A stretch of 64,000 nucleotides of DNA, taken from positions 2,281 to 66,280 of the forward strand of contig CALFWW010000001.1 of the NCBI GenBank assembly GCA_937928575.1, given 5' to 3'. Shown in pieces: positions 35,551 through 45,395 of this stretch. The position numbers were made by a program, and so were the translations under genes. Under the pieces are notes generated by a model that ran no database searches, was not told the origin of the DNA, and worked only from the letters and a program-made list of their open reading frames with translations. This stretch comes from an uncultured Saprospiraceae bacterium (GTDB taxonomy: Bacteria; Bacteroidota; Bacteroidia; Chitinophagales; Saprospiraceae). How positions within the stretch are numbered: position 1 is the first letter of the stretch; each line of letters opens with the position of its first letter.

Positions 35551-38236
35551 TCGACTTTAGTTTTTGTCTTGTAAATCCAAACTCCAAAATTTTATCAATA
35601 AATTCATAAGGTTTGTACCCGTTAATGGCACATTGGTGAAAAATACAAGTTGCCGGTGTCATTCCTGGTAATGAATTTATTTCTATGATAATGGTTTCAG
35701 CTCTATTGTTTTCGAAGATTCTAACAAAAGCATCAATTCTCGCATATCCTCTGATATTCAGCACTTTAGCAGCTTTTTGAAGTTCTTCTTTTACCTGAGT
35801 CGCAATATAAGTATATTCATCCGTATTCTTGGAATACCTGGCCGGAGTTATATTTTGACCTTCGCCGGCTAGGAACTTTTCTTCAAGACTCAAAATCTCA
35901 CCACTTGCCAACGCTTCCGAAGGTTCAAACATTTCAAAGCTAATATTTTCTCCATCATAATGTGTCAATAATCCTCCTGTAACTTCCATAAATCGATCCG
36001 CATTATTAGCTCCGATTAAGGCTTCAATCAGGACTTGATTTTTTTGTGGAAATTCTTCTTTCGGTTTTAGCTGAAGCTGTTTTTGTAGTACTGGATCAAT
36101 TGTTACATGATCTCGAAATATTGCTTGTAAAAAAGCAGTAAATTCTTGTCGGTCATCAATTTTCTTAACAGCAGAACTACATCCGTCATCAACAGGTTTG
36201 GCAATAAACGGATATGGGAATGACTTTTCAATTGCTTCAATTTGTTGCTTCGAATTGGCAAGAAAATCATTTTTGGAAACCAGTTGTTGGTCAGTAACAA
36301 CGAAGCCGTTCTTTTTTAGGATTTGTAGTGTTTGATATTTATCAATCGTGATAGAAGAACTTTCGAAGTTTGACCCATTATAAGCAATACCTAATGCTTC
36401 TAGTTTTCGCTGAACCGTACCATCTTCACCCGGTCGACCATGTAGTGCAATAAATGCTCCTTCCACCATTTCTGCTAATTCGGGATAGGAGATTTTCTTG
36501 GGTTCAAAAATAACATCAGAAGAAGCATATTTGTCAGTAATACTTTTACATAACAATTTGATTTCATCGATGATCGAGTGCTTCTTGAAATGCAGAATTT
36601 TATCACGAATATCATCTGCATTATCTTTTAGTAATAAATTTATTGGGATTTGATATAATTCATGTTGCTCCTTATTCCCCGTCAAGAAAATGGGAATGGG
36701 TTCATACTTATCTGAGCTGGCTAGTTTTTCAAAAATATTTCTACCACTTTCAACGGAGATATGTCGCTCAAAAGAGTAACCACCCAAAATGACGGCAATC
36801 TTTTTCTTTTGACTCATTTCATCCTTCAATCCATTGATTAGCTCATCCAATTGAAACAACAATTTTTCAAAACCCGTTTTATCAGGATTGGTTTCAATAC
36901 GTTCTTGGATAGAAGTACGGATAATATATGTTAGAAATTGAGAAGGATTTAATCCAATTTCAGCAGCTTGATGAAAAAAGAAGGAAGAGGGGAGCATTCC
37001 GGATGTCGTGTTCGGATCATTTAAAAATATTTCTTTTTCTTTTGTAATAAAGCCATCAATTCTTGCATAGGTGTTGAATCCTAAAAAGTCAAACAGCTTT
37101 TCACATTCTTGACGAATCGCATTGATGCTTTTATTGGGTACATCAATAGGTGTAATTTTTCTGGAAAGTCCTGGAAGATATTTGGATCGATAATCAAACA
37201 CTTCATTTCCTTTGACAATTTCTGTTGGAGGCAATGAAATGGATTTTCCGTTTTCATCCTTTACGACGATACAAGAAAATTCTTTACCATGAATAAAAGA
37301 TTCGATGATAACAATTTGCTCACTTAAATGACTTTCCAGTTGAACCGATGCTTTACTCGTATTGAAATGAGTATCCAGATATTCTAGTAATCTTTCAGGA
37401 TGATAAATCGTTTTACCATTCACGTCCATCGGAAAACCTAAGCCATCTCTGATATCTGTTTGAGCTCTGATTGTCTCAACCTTTTCAGAAATGGAGTAGC
37501 GACTCCATTTTTCAAAACTAATTTCATCAATAAAGAAAGCCGCATTTATTTTATCTAAAAAAGTTGCTAGCCCTTTGTCGTCATTGATAATCGATACACC
37601 AATTGACGAACCTTGATTGGCAGGCCGAATAACCATTGGGAAACCGATTTTCTTTTTAGCTTCTTCAAACAATGTAGAAGTATCAATCCTGTCCCATTTT
37701 CTTCGTGGAATAACGATCACTTCAGGGGAAGGAAACCCTGCCGAACTCAAGATGTTCTTTTGAAAAGCCTTGTCCATTCCAATCGCACATCCGCGCACAC
37801 CACTACCCGTGTATGGAATGTTGAGTGATTCCAATAATCCTTGCAGTTGACCATCTTCACCGTAGACACCATGCAATGCTAAAAAGGCCACATCAATCAA
37901 TGAACTTAGTTCTGACAATTCAATTTTTCGACCGACTTTTGAGATTACTTGATTCAATGCTTCATCGGATAATTCACCCAGACTTTCCAGGTAGATTTGA
38001 AATTCATTTGGAGAAGCAGGTAGGTGCTGTATGGGTGGATAAAAATCTCGGATGGTCCCTTTGTAAACATATTGCCAATCCAGCAAAATGAAATTGCGAT
38101 GACTATCGATAAAAATCGGAACAGGTTCAAATAAAGACTTATTTAGATTGTCATAAACCGTACGCCCACCAGCGAAAGATATTTCTCGCTCTCTGGAAGG
38201 GCCACCGAAAAGAATTCCAATTTTTAACATCAACAA
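35537..38236 (-). CDS. ddl: Tandem (double-module) D-alanine--D-alanine ligase-like ATP-grasp protein
   Basis: 899 aa with two complete Ddl-like units. Module 1: KIGILFGGPSREREIS, LHGVYGEDGQLQGLLESLNIPYTGSG, RPANQGSSIGV, ARIDGF...NDPNTTSG. Module 2: KIAVILGGYSFERHIS, LHGRPGEDGTVQRKLEALGIAYNGS, KPVDDGCSSAV, ARIDAF...EINSLPGMT. Confidence 0.85.
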   Translation of the reverse strand: MLMLKIGILFGGPSREREISFAGGRTVYDNLNKSLFEPVPIFIDSHRNFILLDWQYVYKGTIRDFYPPIQHLPASPNEFQIYLESLGELSDEALNQVISKVGRKIELSELSSLIDVAFLALHGVYGEDGQLQGLLESLNIPYTGSGVRGCAIGMDKAFQKNILSSAGFPSPEVIVIPRRKWDRIDTSTLFEEAKKKIGFPMVIRPANQGSSIGVSIINDDKGLATFLDKINAAFFIDEISFEKWSRYSISEKVETIRAQTDIRDGLGFPMDVNGKTIYHPERLLEYLDTHFNTSKASVQLESHLSEQIVIIESFIHGKEFSCIVVKDENGKSISLPPTEIVKGNEVFDYRSKYLPGLSRKITPIDVPNKSINAIRQECEKLFDFLGFNTYARIDGFITKEKEIFLNDPNTTSGMLPSSFFFHQAAEIGLNPSQFLTYIIRTSIQERIETNPDKTGFEKLLFQLDELINGLKDEMSQKKKIAVILGGYSFERHISVESGRNIFEKLASSDKYEPIPIFLTGNKEQHELYQIPINLLLKDNADDIRDKILHFKKHSIIDEIKLLCKSITDKYASSDVIFEPKKISYPELAEMVEGAFIALHGRPGEDGTVQRKLEALGIAYNGSNFESSSITIDKYQTLQILKKNGFVVTDQQLVSKNDFLANSKQQIEAIEKSFPYPFIAKPVDDGCSSAVKKIDDRQEFTAFLQAIFRDHVTIDPVLQKQLQLKPKEEFPQKNQVLIEALIGANNADRFMEVTGGLLTHYDGENISFEMFEPSEALASGEILSLEEKFLAGEGQNITPARYSKNTDEYTYIATQVKEELQKAAKVLNIRGYARIDAFVRIFENNRAETIIIEINSLPGMTPATCIFHQCAINGYKPYEFIDKILEFGFTRQKLKSNVKA

Positions 38237-38322
38237 CGGTTTTTTTTAATTGAGTAATTTCTGAAAATTGATAACGAACATTAGCCTGTAATTATTCGTT
38301 AACTTTGACGCAAAGTTATAAA

Positions 38323-39615
38323 ATGAATAAAGAAATTCTTCGATTGGCGATTCCTAATATTATAAGTAATATCTCTGTGCCGCTTTTAAGCACGGTAGAT
38401 ACTGCGTTGATGGGGAGAATGTCGGAAGTTCATTTAGGAGCGATCGGATTGGGTACGATGCTTTTCAACTTTTTATACTGGAATTTTGGCTTTTTGAGAA
38501 TGAGCAGTACAGGGTTGACCGCACAAGCTTACGGACGAAAAGATGAGGAAGCGATCATTCACAATTTATTGCGTGCATTAATCGTAGCAGGTATTTTAGG
38601 CATCTTGATGTTGGTTTTTCAAAAACAAATTGGAGCGCTCGGCATGCAATTGTTGAATGCGACGGGAGAACAACACCAATTGGTGGCTCAATATTTCTAT
38701 ATCAGAATTTGGGCAGCGCCAGCTACGATAGGATTGTATGCGATCATGGGTTGGTATTTTGGGATGCAAAACTCAATTTTCCCATTGATTTTAACCGTGT
38801 TTATCAATATTGTAAATATAGTGTTGAGTTTTTATTTCGTTCGACAGATGGGATGGGAAATAAGTGGGGTAGCTTATGGGACAGTGATCGCGCAATATAG
38901 TGGGTTTGTTTTGGCATTCGTTTTATTTTTGTTGAAATATCGATCTTATTTATCCCATCGAAAATTAGCTACTTTATTAGCTGCGAAACCGCTCCTACAT
39001 TTCTTGAATATCAACAAAGATATATTTATCAGGACTTTATGTTTGACGATTGTGTTTGCATTTTTTTATAGCCGATCTGCGATGGGTGGTGCGATGATGT
39101 TGGCAGTCAATGTCATCTTATTACAATTTCTGAATTGGATGTCATATGGAGTAGATGGATTTGCGTATGCAGCAGAGAGTCTGGTTGGTAAATACAAAGG
39201 CGCAGAAAACACACAAGCTGTTTACAAAGCGATTCGATACAGTTTTGGATGGGGAATGGTCTTGGCTACTTTGTTTACGTTGAGTTATTGGATTTTTGGA
39301 GAAGCCATCATGGGTATTTTTACCGACCAGCAAGAAGTGATTGCTGCTGCACGACCTTATTTCTTTTGGATATTGATTTTGCCACTTGTAGGATTTGCTT
39401 GTTATGTTTGGGATGGAATTTACATTGGATTGACTGCTTCTAAGGCGATGCGGGATAGTATGTTGTTGGCGTTATTTTTATTTGGAGTGACTTATTATTT
39501 TATAACACCGTATTTCCCGATTCATGGATTGTGGTTTGCTTTGTTGGTGTTTTTGGGAGTTAGGGGATTGTTTCAATATTGGTTGTTTTCGAGAAGAGGG
39601 ATGGAATTAGCATAA
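38323..39615 (+). CDS. MATE family efflux transporter (DinF-like)
   Basis: About 430 aa with 12 predicted TM segments. The N-terminus EILRLAIPNIISNISVPLLSTVDTALMG is typical of MATE. The ATG at 38323 is preferred. Confidence 0.9.
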   Translation: MNKEILRLAIPNIISNISVPLLSTVDTALMGRMSEVHLGAIGLGTMLFNFLYWNFGFLRMSSTGLTAQAYGRKDEEAIIHNLLRALIVAGILGILMLVFQKQIGALGMQLLNATGEQHQLVAQYFYIRIWAAPATIGLYAIMGWYFGMQNSIFPLILTVFINIVNIVLSFYFVRQMGWEISGVAYGTVIAQYSGFVLAFVLFLLKYRSYLSHRKLATLLAAKPLLHFLNINKDIFIRTLCLTIVFAFFYSRSAMGGAMMLAVNVILLQFLNWMSYGVDGFAYAAESLVGKYKGAENTQAVYKAIRYSFGWGMVLATLFTLSYWIFGEAIMGIFTDQQEVIAAARPYFFWILILPLVGFACYVWDGIYIGLTASKAMRDSMLLALFLFGVTYYFITPYFPIHGLWFALLVFLGVRGLFQYWLFSRRGMELA

Positions 39616-39660
39616 CTCGTATTTTGTACCGCTCCGAGCGCCTTGCACGTTCACCGTCTC

Positions 39661-41589
39661 TTACCCACTAAACCGCCAAGTAATTCCCACCCGAAAATTG
39701 TGTTCATACAATGGTTGCCAATGAGCGCCATAATAGATTCGATCGGTCACATAACTCGTAATATTATCCAGCCTAAAAAATCCACGAAAACGAGTCACTT
39801 TAAAAGATAAAGCGAAATCAACAATTGGATATAATTGCTGATTGAAGTCGTCCTGCAAATGAAATTGACCTATCACTGCAGAATAATTGGGGACATAAAA
39901 ATCACTCGCCATTCTCAAATCCAATCCAGTTCTTAGCAGCAAGACTTTTTTCTTAAACACCAATCCTTCAAAATAGAAACTATTCATCGTGTAAAAATTC
40001 GGAACTCGGATGACATCTTCTGAGGAGTTTTGGAGAACTACCGTATTATCTAGATGCCACTTGCCAAAGGTGAAATTTTTCTTGAATAATAACTGCACTA
40101 GACTGACAGCGCCATCATATTGTTGGACCGTCGCTAAGGTGTCAAAGTAAATGGGGTTGTTGATTAAATGATAACTTCCATCCACTTTCACATTGACAAA
40201 CGGAATGGTGTACGAGGCAGCTAATTTTGTCTCAATAGGTTTGGTAAAATCATTGTCCCACATTTGTACTTGTGAAATATATGTCCTGTTTTGAACCAAA
40301 GCAGGCGCATATCGTTGTTGTTTTAATGATACCGCAAGTTTTCCTGCATTACCTAAATTCAGACCAAGCACTCCATTTACTTTATAATCTCCGGCATTAT
40401 CCCAAAAGCAAAAGTGTCCATCGGCTTGGATTAAAAATTTATTGTTAGGAACAAAAGAGAATTTGCCCATCAACATCAGATTGTTGACATTGCGACGGTC
40501 TTCTGGTTCGTGAACGAGGAAGTAGATACGATGTTTGATTCCTACTTCGAAATTATCTCGATTCTGAATGATTCCGGAACCATCTTTTGATTTGAACGTG
40601 GCGAGACCAAAATAATTAGACAAATTATTAGCACCAATATATTGTCGCAATCCACGACTATCTACTAACTGTTGTCGGTAGTAAGTAGAATCATCAGTGA
40701 CCATTTCATCATCAAATTTGTAATCTAAAGTCTGCCATTGAACGGTATGATTCAATCTGAAATTTCTTTTTGCTGCGACACCCAAGGAGTCATTTGTTTT
40801 TCTCAATTTTAGATGTTGGGTAAAAGTGATGGACTCATCTGCGTGACGTGTGTTGGCGGTCTCTAGTTGAGTCGGGATGCTAATACGTTGTTGATAGAGG
40901 TCTAAATTAAAAAAAGTATCAGCAACAATTCCTCCGTTATCTTGTTGTTGGATAACATTATTAATGTAGGTCAAAAATCCATCGTAGCGCGAACGATGCA
41001 ACCAAATACCCATGGCTAAGGAAGTATTTCTTGCTTTGGCTCTGTCGTAAGAACCAATATTGTTGATTCGACTATAATTCAAAGAAAAGTTAATACCATC
41101 AGAAAATTGACGACTGAAATTTCCTTTAAAATAAGAGTCTTCTTGATTGGCTCCTTGTGAATAGAAAGCTTCCGAATAAGGAGTCTCTACTACGTAATAT
41201 TTTAGTTTTCTGGCCTTGTACAAATCGAATTGATGCAACCCGATATCAAAACCTTCTCTGTCATAAGCATCATAATAAATAGGGTGGTGCGCTGAACCTA
41301 AGTTCCCCAATGAGAAATAATCAACATCTTGTTGACGTATTGGATCATACTGCGAAAAACGAGTATCTAATAAAGTATCATTGAAAGGAAATTGGTCATA
41401 GGGATTGTCTGCATAGAAATAAAAAATATGAGAAGTGTCCATTATCTCATGTGTCAATTCATTGCTTAATCGATCAGGAATGGTATCAGATCGTCGCCCT
41501 GAATTCGAACGAAAATCATCCGGTTGTTGACTAAATAGAAAAGTGATGGAAAGGAAGAGTAAAGAAAATGAGAGGAGAAATCGGATCAT
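39661..41589 (-). CDS. Outer-membrane beta-barrel protein (putative porin family)
   Basis: 642 aa with a signal peptide, alternating aromatic/polar beta-strand-like composition throughout, and an aromatic-rich C-terminal strand. Confidence 0.45.
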   Translation of the reverse strand: MIRFLLSFSLLFLSITFLFSQQPDDFRSNSGRRSDTIPDRLSNELTHEIMDTSHIFYFYADNPYDQFPFNDTLLDTRFSQYDPIRQQDVDYFSLGNLGSAHHPIYYDAYDREGFDIGLHQFDLYKARKLKYYVVETPYSEAFYSQGANQEDSYFKGNFSRQFSDGINFSLNYSRINNIGSYDRAKARNTSLAMGIWLHRSRYDGFLTYINNVIQQQDNGGIVADTFFNLDLYQQRISIPTQLETANTRHADESITFTQHLKLRKTNDSLGVAAKRNFRLNHTVQWQTLDYKFDDEMVTDDSTYYRQQLVDSRGLRQYIGANNLSNYFGLATFKSKDGSGIIQNRDNFEVGIKHRIYFLVHEPEDRRNVNNLMLMGKFSFVPNNKFLIQADGHFCFWDNAGDYKVNGVLGLNLGNAGKLAVSLKQQRYAPALVQNRTYISQVQMWDNDFTKPIETKLAASYTIPFVNVKVDGSYHLINNPIYFDTLATVQQYDGAVSLVQLLFKKNFTFGKWHLDNTVVLQNSSEDVIRVPNFYTMNSFYFEGLVFKKKVLLLRTGLDLRMASDFYVPNYSAVIGQFHLQDDFNQQLYPIVDFALSFKVTRFRGFFRLDNITSYVTDRIYYGAHWQPLYEHNFRVGITWRFSG

Positions 41590-41677
41590 GTATGATGGTT
41601 ATGGACTTGCTGTTTTATGATTTTGTTGTTAAGTAGTGGTGAAGCACATCCCAACTACTTAACAACAAAAATATAAA

Positions 41678-43111
41678 TTATTCAACAATAATTTTTCTCG
41701 CAATATTCAATTGCTCACCACGAATTCTTAAAACATACATACCAGATGCGATATTTTTATTCAGACCAAAAGTGAAGGTATTTTCACCTTGTACCAAATT
41801 CGTAGTAATCAATGACTGCACCAATTGCCCGCTCAAATTTACTACTTCAACCGTCGCATCAGAAGTCTTATCGATCGCAAGTGTTAAATTCAATTCGTGG
41901 GTAGTCGGTTGTGGAAATATTTCCAAATTGGTAACGTATTCATTGAGATCATTAGTACCTACTGGAGCAAAACATTCTTTGATATTTGCTTTTGGATCAC
42001 AACCTGAATCGATGGATTCGAAAATAAATAATCCTTCTTGCATATCTGATACCAATAAATTTCCAGAAGGTAAAAATGGATAAACTCCCCATGCACCTTC
42101 ATAGTTATTGTCATGCGTGCGAGAAGAAGTTTGGTAATACATAATACGCGCTGGATTTTCAGGATCAGAAATATCCCATGCCTGAACACCGTCATAATAG
42201 TAAGAAGAATATAAAATATCACAAGCAACGATTTGATTGTGCGCAATACTAAATGGTGAATCACTGCCAGCATCAAACAATGCATTTACTTCTAAGTCAG
42301 TCGGGTCCGTAATGTCTACAGACTTGATTGCAGTACCCCAAGTTTCATCAGCAAAAAAGTAATGTGTACACGCATCATTGGTCCAGCCAGAGTGATTGTA
42401 ACCTGATTCAGGATAACTGGTCAATGAACCTAAGCCGATTGGATTCAAAGGATCTGTAAAATCAACAATTGCTAATCCATCATTACCACAATTCAAAAAT
42501 GCTTTTCCATCTCTTACATAGGCATCATGGACATGTCCAAATTGAACACCAGCTAAATTATTATATTCTGCTAAATAAACCGGGTTTAATGGATCATTGA
42601 TATCGATCAGTCTCAATGCGGAATATCCTGGACTTCCACCTTGCATTGCCAAACCATATAGGATACCCCGATCTTCATCAATAAAAATATTATGTGAGGT
42701 CGAAAAGCTTTCATTGGAATCATAAGTTACGTCAATGCTATTTGGTAAATCTGACATATCGATAATCTGAAGCGTACTGTTTCCTTCACCTGCTGCAGAA
42801 AACAAATAGCCATTATAGTCATGAAAATCGCGATGTACAATGTGGTCACCAGCGGAAGCACCTTCCACAAAAAAGTCTTCAACAGGATTGGTAGGATCGG
42901 TTACATTGATAAAATGCGTTCCCGAAGTCGAGCCAATGATGGCGTATTCTTGCCCATTGATTGCATACCCCCAAACTTCATTGTACGTATTGTCATACTG
43001 CGCCGTTCCTATCAAACCAGGATCACTCCAAGCGCCTAAAAGATTTCCTTCCGTCTGAGCAAACATTTGAAATGAAGCAGCGATAAATAAAAGTAGTATC
43101 AATTTTTTCAT
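41678..43111 (-). CDS. Secreted beta-propeller-like (LVIVD / choice-of-anchor B-like) protein with T9SS C-terminal sorting domain
   Basis: 477 aa with a signal peptide (LLFIAASFQMFAQ). Motifs of the type INVTDPTNP / IDINDPLNP / VDFTDPLNP / VDITDPTD / WDISDPENP recur. The C-terminus is LEIFPQPTTHELNL...GMYVLRI...KIIVE. Confidence 0.6.
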   Translation of the reverse strand: MKKLILLLFIAASFQMFAQTEGNLLGAWSDPGLIGTAQYDNTYNEVWGYAINGQEYAIIGSTSGTHFINVTDPTNPVEDFFVEGASAGDHIVHRDFHDYNGYLFSAAGEGNSTLQIIDMSDLPNSIDVTYDSNESFSTSHNIFIDEDRGILYGLAMQGGSPGYSALRLIDINDPLNPVYLAEYNNLAGVQFGHVHDAYVRDGKAFLNCGNDGLAIVDFTDPLNPIGLGSLTSYPESGYNHSGWTNDACTHYFFADETWGTAIKSVDITDPTDLEVNALFDAGSDSPFSIAHNQIVACDILYSSYYYDGVQAWDISDPENPARIMYYQTSSRTHDNNYEGAWGVYPFLPSGNLLVSDMQEGLFIFESIDSGCDPKANIKECFAPVGTNDLNEYVTNLEIFPQPTTHELNLTLAIDKTSDATVEVVNLSGQLVQSLITTNLVQGENTFTFGLNKNIASGMYVLRIRGEQLNIARKIIVE

Positions 43112-43460
43112 AAATATATTTTGTTGATTTTGGTCAAATTAGGTTTTCACAAGATAGGGATTTTTAAAGGGATTAATTGGCAGATGAGATACAGATTTGT
43201 GATATACAAATTTCATTCTACAATTAAACATATGTAAACGAGTTAAAATTTGATTTCGTTGAACTTTAATTGGAATGGTCGGGTTTTGATATAAAGACCC
43301 CATTTTTGCACTTTTTCGGATAGCTACTGATTTCAAAATATTTTTGTTGGATTTAATCCGCCGTGGATTTCAGAATTACGTGAATACAACGTGACGCTTG
43401 CCCGAACTGTCGTTACACCAAAAACAATCAAATAATCATCTTCCTGATAAACAACTTTGT

Positions 43461-44195
43461 ATGAAATTAGACGCACTAACATTAATTGGTAATTTAAAAA
43501 AAGCAAACACCTGCTCCTTGAATCTGGTTTATACAGAAATGTATGAAATGGCTTTGCAATGGAATGATGCAGATGGCGCCAATTATTTGGTAGTGACTTC
43601 TCAATCTTTGATTCGTTTATTTATGCAATGTAAAATTAACTTGATGGATGTTGTTGCAGCTCCTGATTCTAAGTTCTATCAATTTGAAAATGGAGCTTAT
43701 GACCACATTACTTCTGAGAGCAAAAAGAGAATCCCCAATCTCCTAGAAAGCAGTGTGCAATTTAATAACATTGAACCTACATCAAATGTCAAATTGTTGG
43801 ATTTTATTAGTGGTGATTTACGTCTCCGTATTTTGAAGCGATTGGTCATTCAATACAAAACGGGTTTGTTGCCTTGTGCCAATGTGTTGACCAAACCTTT
43901 TGTGCCCGTCCATAAATTGAAAAAAGCAGAGATTTACAAAGCACTACATGTGAGTGAGGAAATTAAAAAGCTCAACAACTTATTGCGATTGGGTATCACT
44001 AAAGTTGGTTTCGATATCGAATCTTTGCTAATCGAAATCCTAATCGACAATGAAATCAAACAAGAAACTTACGCAGAGTTGATTGTGTCTATTCTTGGAT
44101 TGATTATCCCGATGTTGTCTCCACAAAAAGAAATATTTTACCCCGCTGTTGAGAAATCTGCTGCACGATGGGACTTGCCTTTTTCTGCTAATTGA
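43461..44195 (+). CDS. Hypothetical protein (no recognisable family)
   Basis: About 244 aa from the ATG at 43461 (MKLDALTLIG...). It has no signal peptide and no motif that I recognise. Confidence 0.5.
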   Translation: MKLDALTLIGNLKKANTCSLNLVYTEMYEMALQWNDADGANYLVVTSQSLIRLFMQCKINLMDVVAAPDSKFYQFENGAYDHITSESKKRIPNLLESSVQFNNIEPTSNVKLLDFISGDLRLRILKRLVIQYKTGLLPCANVLTKPFVPVHKLKKAEIYKALHVSEEIKKLNNLLRLGITKVGFDIESLLIEILIDNEIKQETYAELIVSILGLIIPMLSPQKEIFYPAVEKSAARWDLPFSAN

Positions 44196-44226
44196 TGATT
44201 TTGTTTGACTTTGTTTATCGTTATTT

Positions 44227-44318
44227 CGTAGTATCCATCCTCTAATTCGCTTTGCGAATAGGCCCTTGCCTTTTTTAAAAGGAAAGGGACGTCCGAAGGT
44301 ACAGGGATGGATACGACG
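44227..44318. repeat. Nested multi-hairpin element (closing stem enclosing three mini-hairpins)
   Basis: cgtagtatccatcc (44227-44240) pairs with ggatggatacgacg (44305-44318) with 1 mismatch. The stem encloses attcgc-ttt-gcgaat (44245-44259), cccttgcc...ggaaaggg (44263-44288) and gtcc-gaa-gg(t)ac (44291-44302). Confidence 0.6.
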
Positions 44319-44351
44319 CACCTCATTTTCCAATTAACTTTAAAACAAAAA

Positions 44352-44381
44352 AGCATCTCACAATTCTGCGAGATGCTTTTC
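44352..44381. terminator. Hairpin terminator between convergent genes
   Basis: agcatctc (44352-44359) pairs with gagatgct (44370-44377). It is flanked by aaaaaa upstream and tttt downstream. Confidence 0.65.
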
Positions 44382-44403
44382 TATATTCGTTAACACACGA
44401 ACT

Positions 44404-44453
44404 CACGTATTCCACTTCGAAATTCAGTATTCCCTGTTCGATATTCAATATTC
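44404..44453. repeat. About 50-bp copy of the cgatattcgatattc repeat family
   Basis: cacgtattccacttcgaaattcagtattccctgttcgatattcaatattc aligns with 1712-1761 and 11570-11620. Confidence 0.75.
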
Positions 44454-44456
44454 TTT

Positions 44457-45266
44457 TTAACCCTCCATTCCCAAAACAGCAGGATTCATCCCCATAGAAG
44501 AAAATCCACCATCATGAAATAAATTCTGCATCGTCACCGAACGAGTCAAGTCACTAAACATCGTAACACAGTAATCCGCACACGCGTCTGCTGAAGCATT
44601 ACCAAGTGGAGACATTTTATCTGCGTAGTCAAAAAATTCTTGGAACCCCTTAACTCCACTTCCGGCAGTTGTCCAGGTAGGTGATTGAGAGATGGTATTG
44701 ACACGCACTTTTTTCTTGGTTCCAAAATGATAGCCAAAACTTCTTGCAAATGATTCTAACAATGCTTTTGATTCTGCCATTTCACTGTAGTCCGGGAAAG
44801 TACGTTGAGCAGCTATATAAGTCAATGCGAGGATCGAGCCCCAATCATTTACAGCATCCAATTTCATAGCTGTTTGCATCACTTTGTGAAATGAAATTGC
44901 GGAGATGTCAAAAGTCTTCTGCATCCAATCATGTTTCAAATCCGTATAATCTTTCTTCTTTCGAACATTGATCGACATACCGATAGAGTGGAGGATGAAG
45001 TCAATTTTTCCACCCAAAATTTCCATGGATTGGGTCATCAAATTTTCAAGATCTTCGATACTGGTTGCATCAGCAGGAATGACTTGTGCATTTAGTTTTT
45101 CTCCAATTTTTTGAATCTCTCCAAAACGCAATGCAACAGGAGCATTCGTCAAGGTAATTTGTGCACCTTCCTCAACACATCTTTCTGCCACTTTGGTAGC
45201 GATTGATTTGTCGTCGAGTGCGCCAAAAATAATTCCTCTTTTCCCTTTTAATAGATTGTTTGCCAT
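44457..45266 (-). CDS. fabI: Enoyl-[acyl-carrier-protein] reductase (NADH)
   Basis: 269 aa with a FabI-type N-terminus (LKGKRGIIFGALDDKSIA) and a Y-x6-K region (YSEMAESKALLE). Confidence 0.9.
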   Translation of the reverse strand: MANNLLKGKRGIIFGALDDKSIATKVAERCVEEGAQITLTNAPVALRFGEIQKIGEKLNAQVIPADATSIEDLENLMTQSMEILGGKIDFILHSIGMSINVRKKKDYTDLKHDWMQKTFDISAISFHKVMQTAMKLDAVNDWGSILALTYIAAQRTFPDYSEMAESKALLESFARSFGYHFGTKKKVRVNTISQSPTWTTAGSGVKGFQEFFDYADKMSPLGNASADACADYCVTMFSDLTRSVTMQNLFHDGGFSSMGMNPAVLGMEG

Positions 45267-45395
45267 AGTATGTTTTTTTTGTGCGAATTAAAAATTGAAA
45301 AATTTAAATTATAAATTGGGTAGTGATCTGTACTCGAATGTAAAATACTAACTGGTCAATTTTAATTTTTTAATTTCTAATTTTCAATTCCAAAT

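Noticed and set aside
44138-44356. 72-aa and 97-aa minus-strand ORFs (44138-44356 and 44040-44333) downstream of the orphan gene.
   Set aside because: They begin inside or next to the terminator hairpin, traverse the nested multi-hairpin element and overlap the 3' end of the plus-strand gene. No motif supports them.
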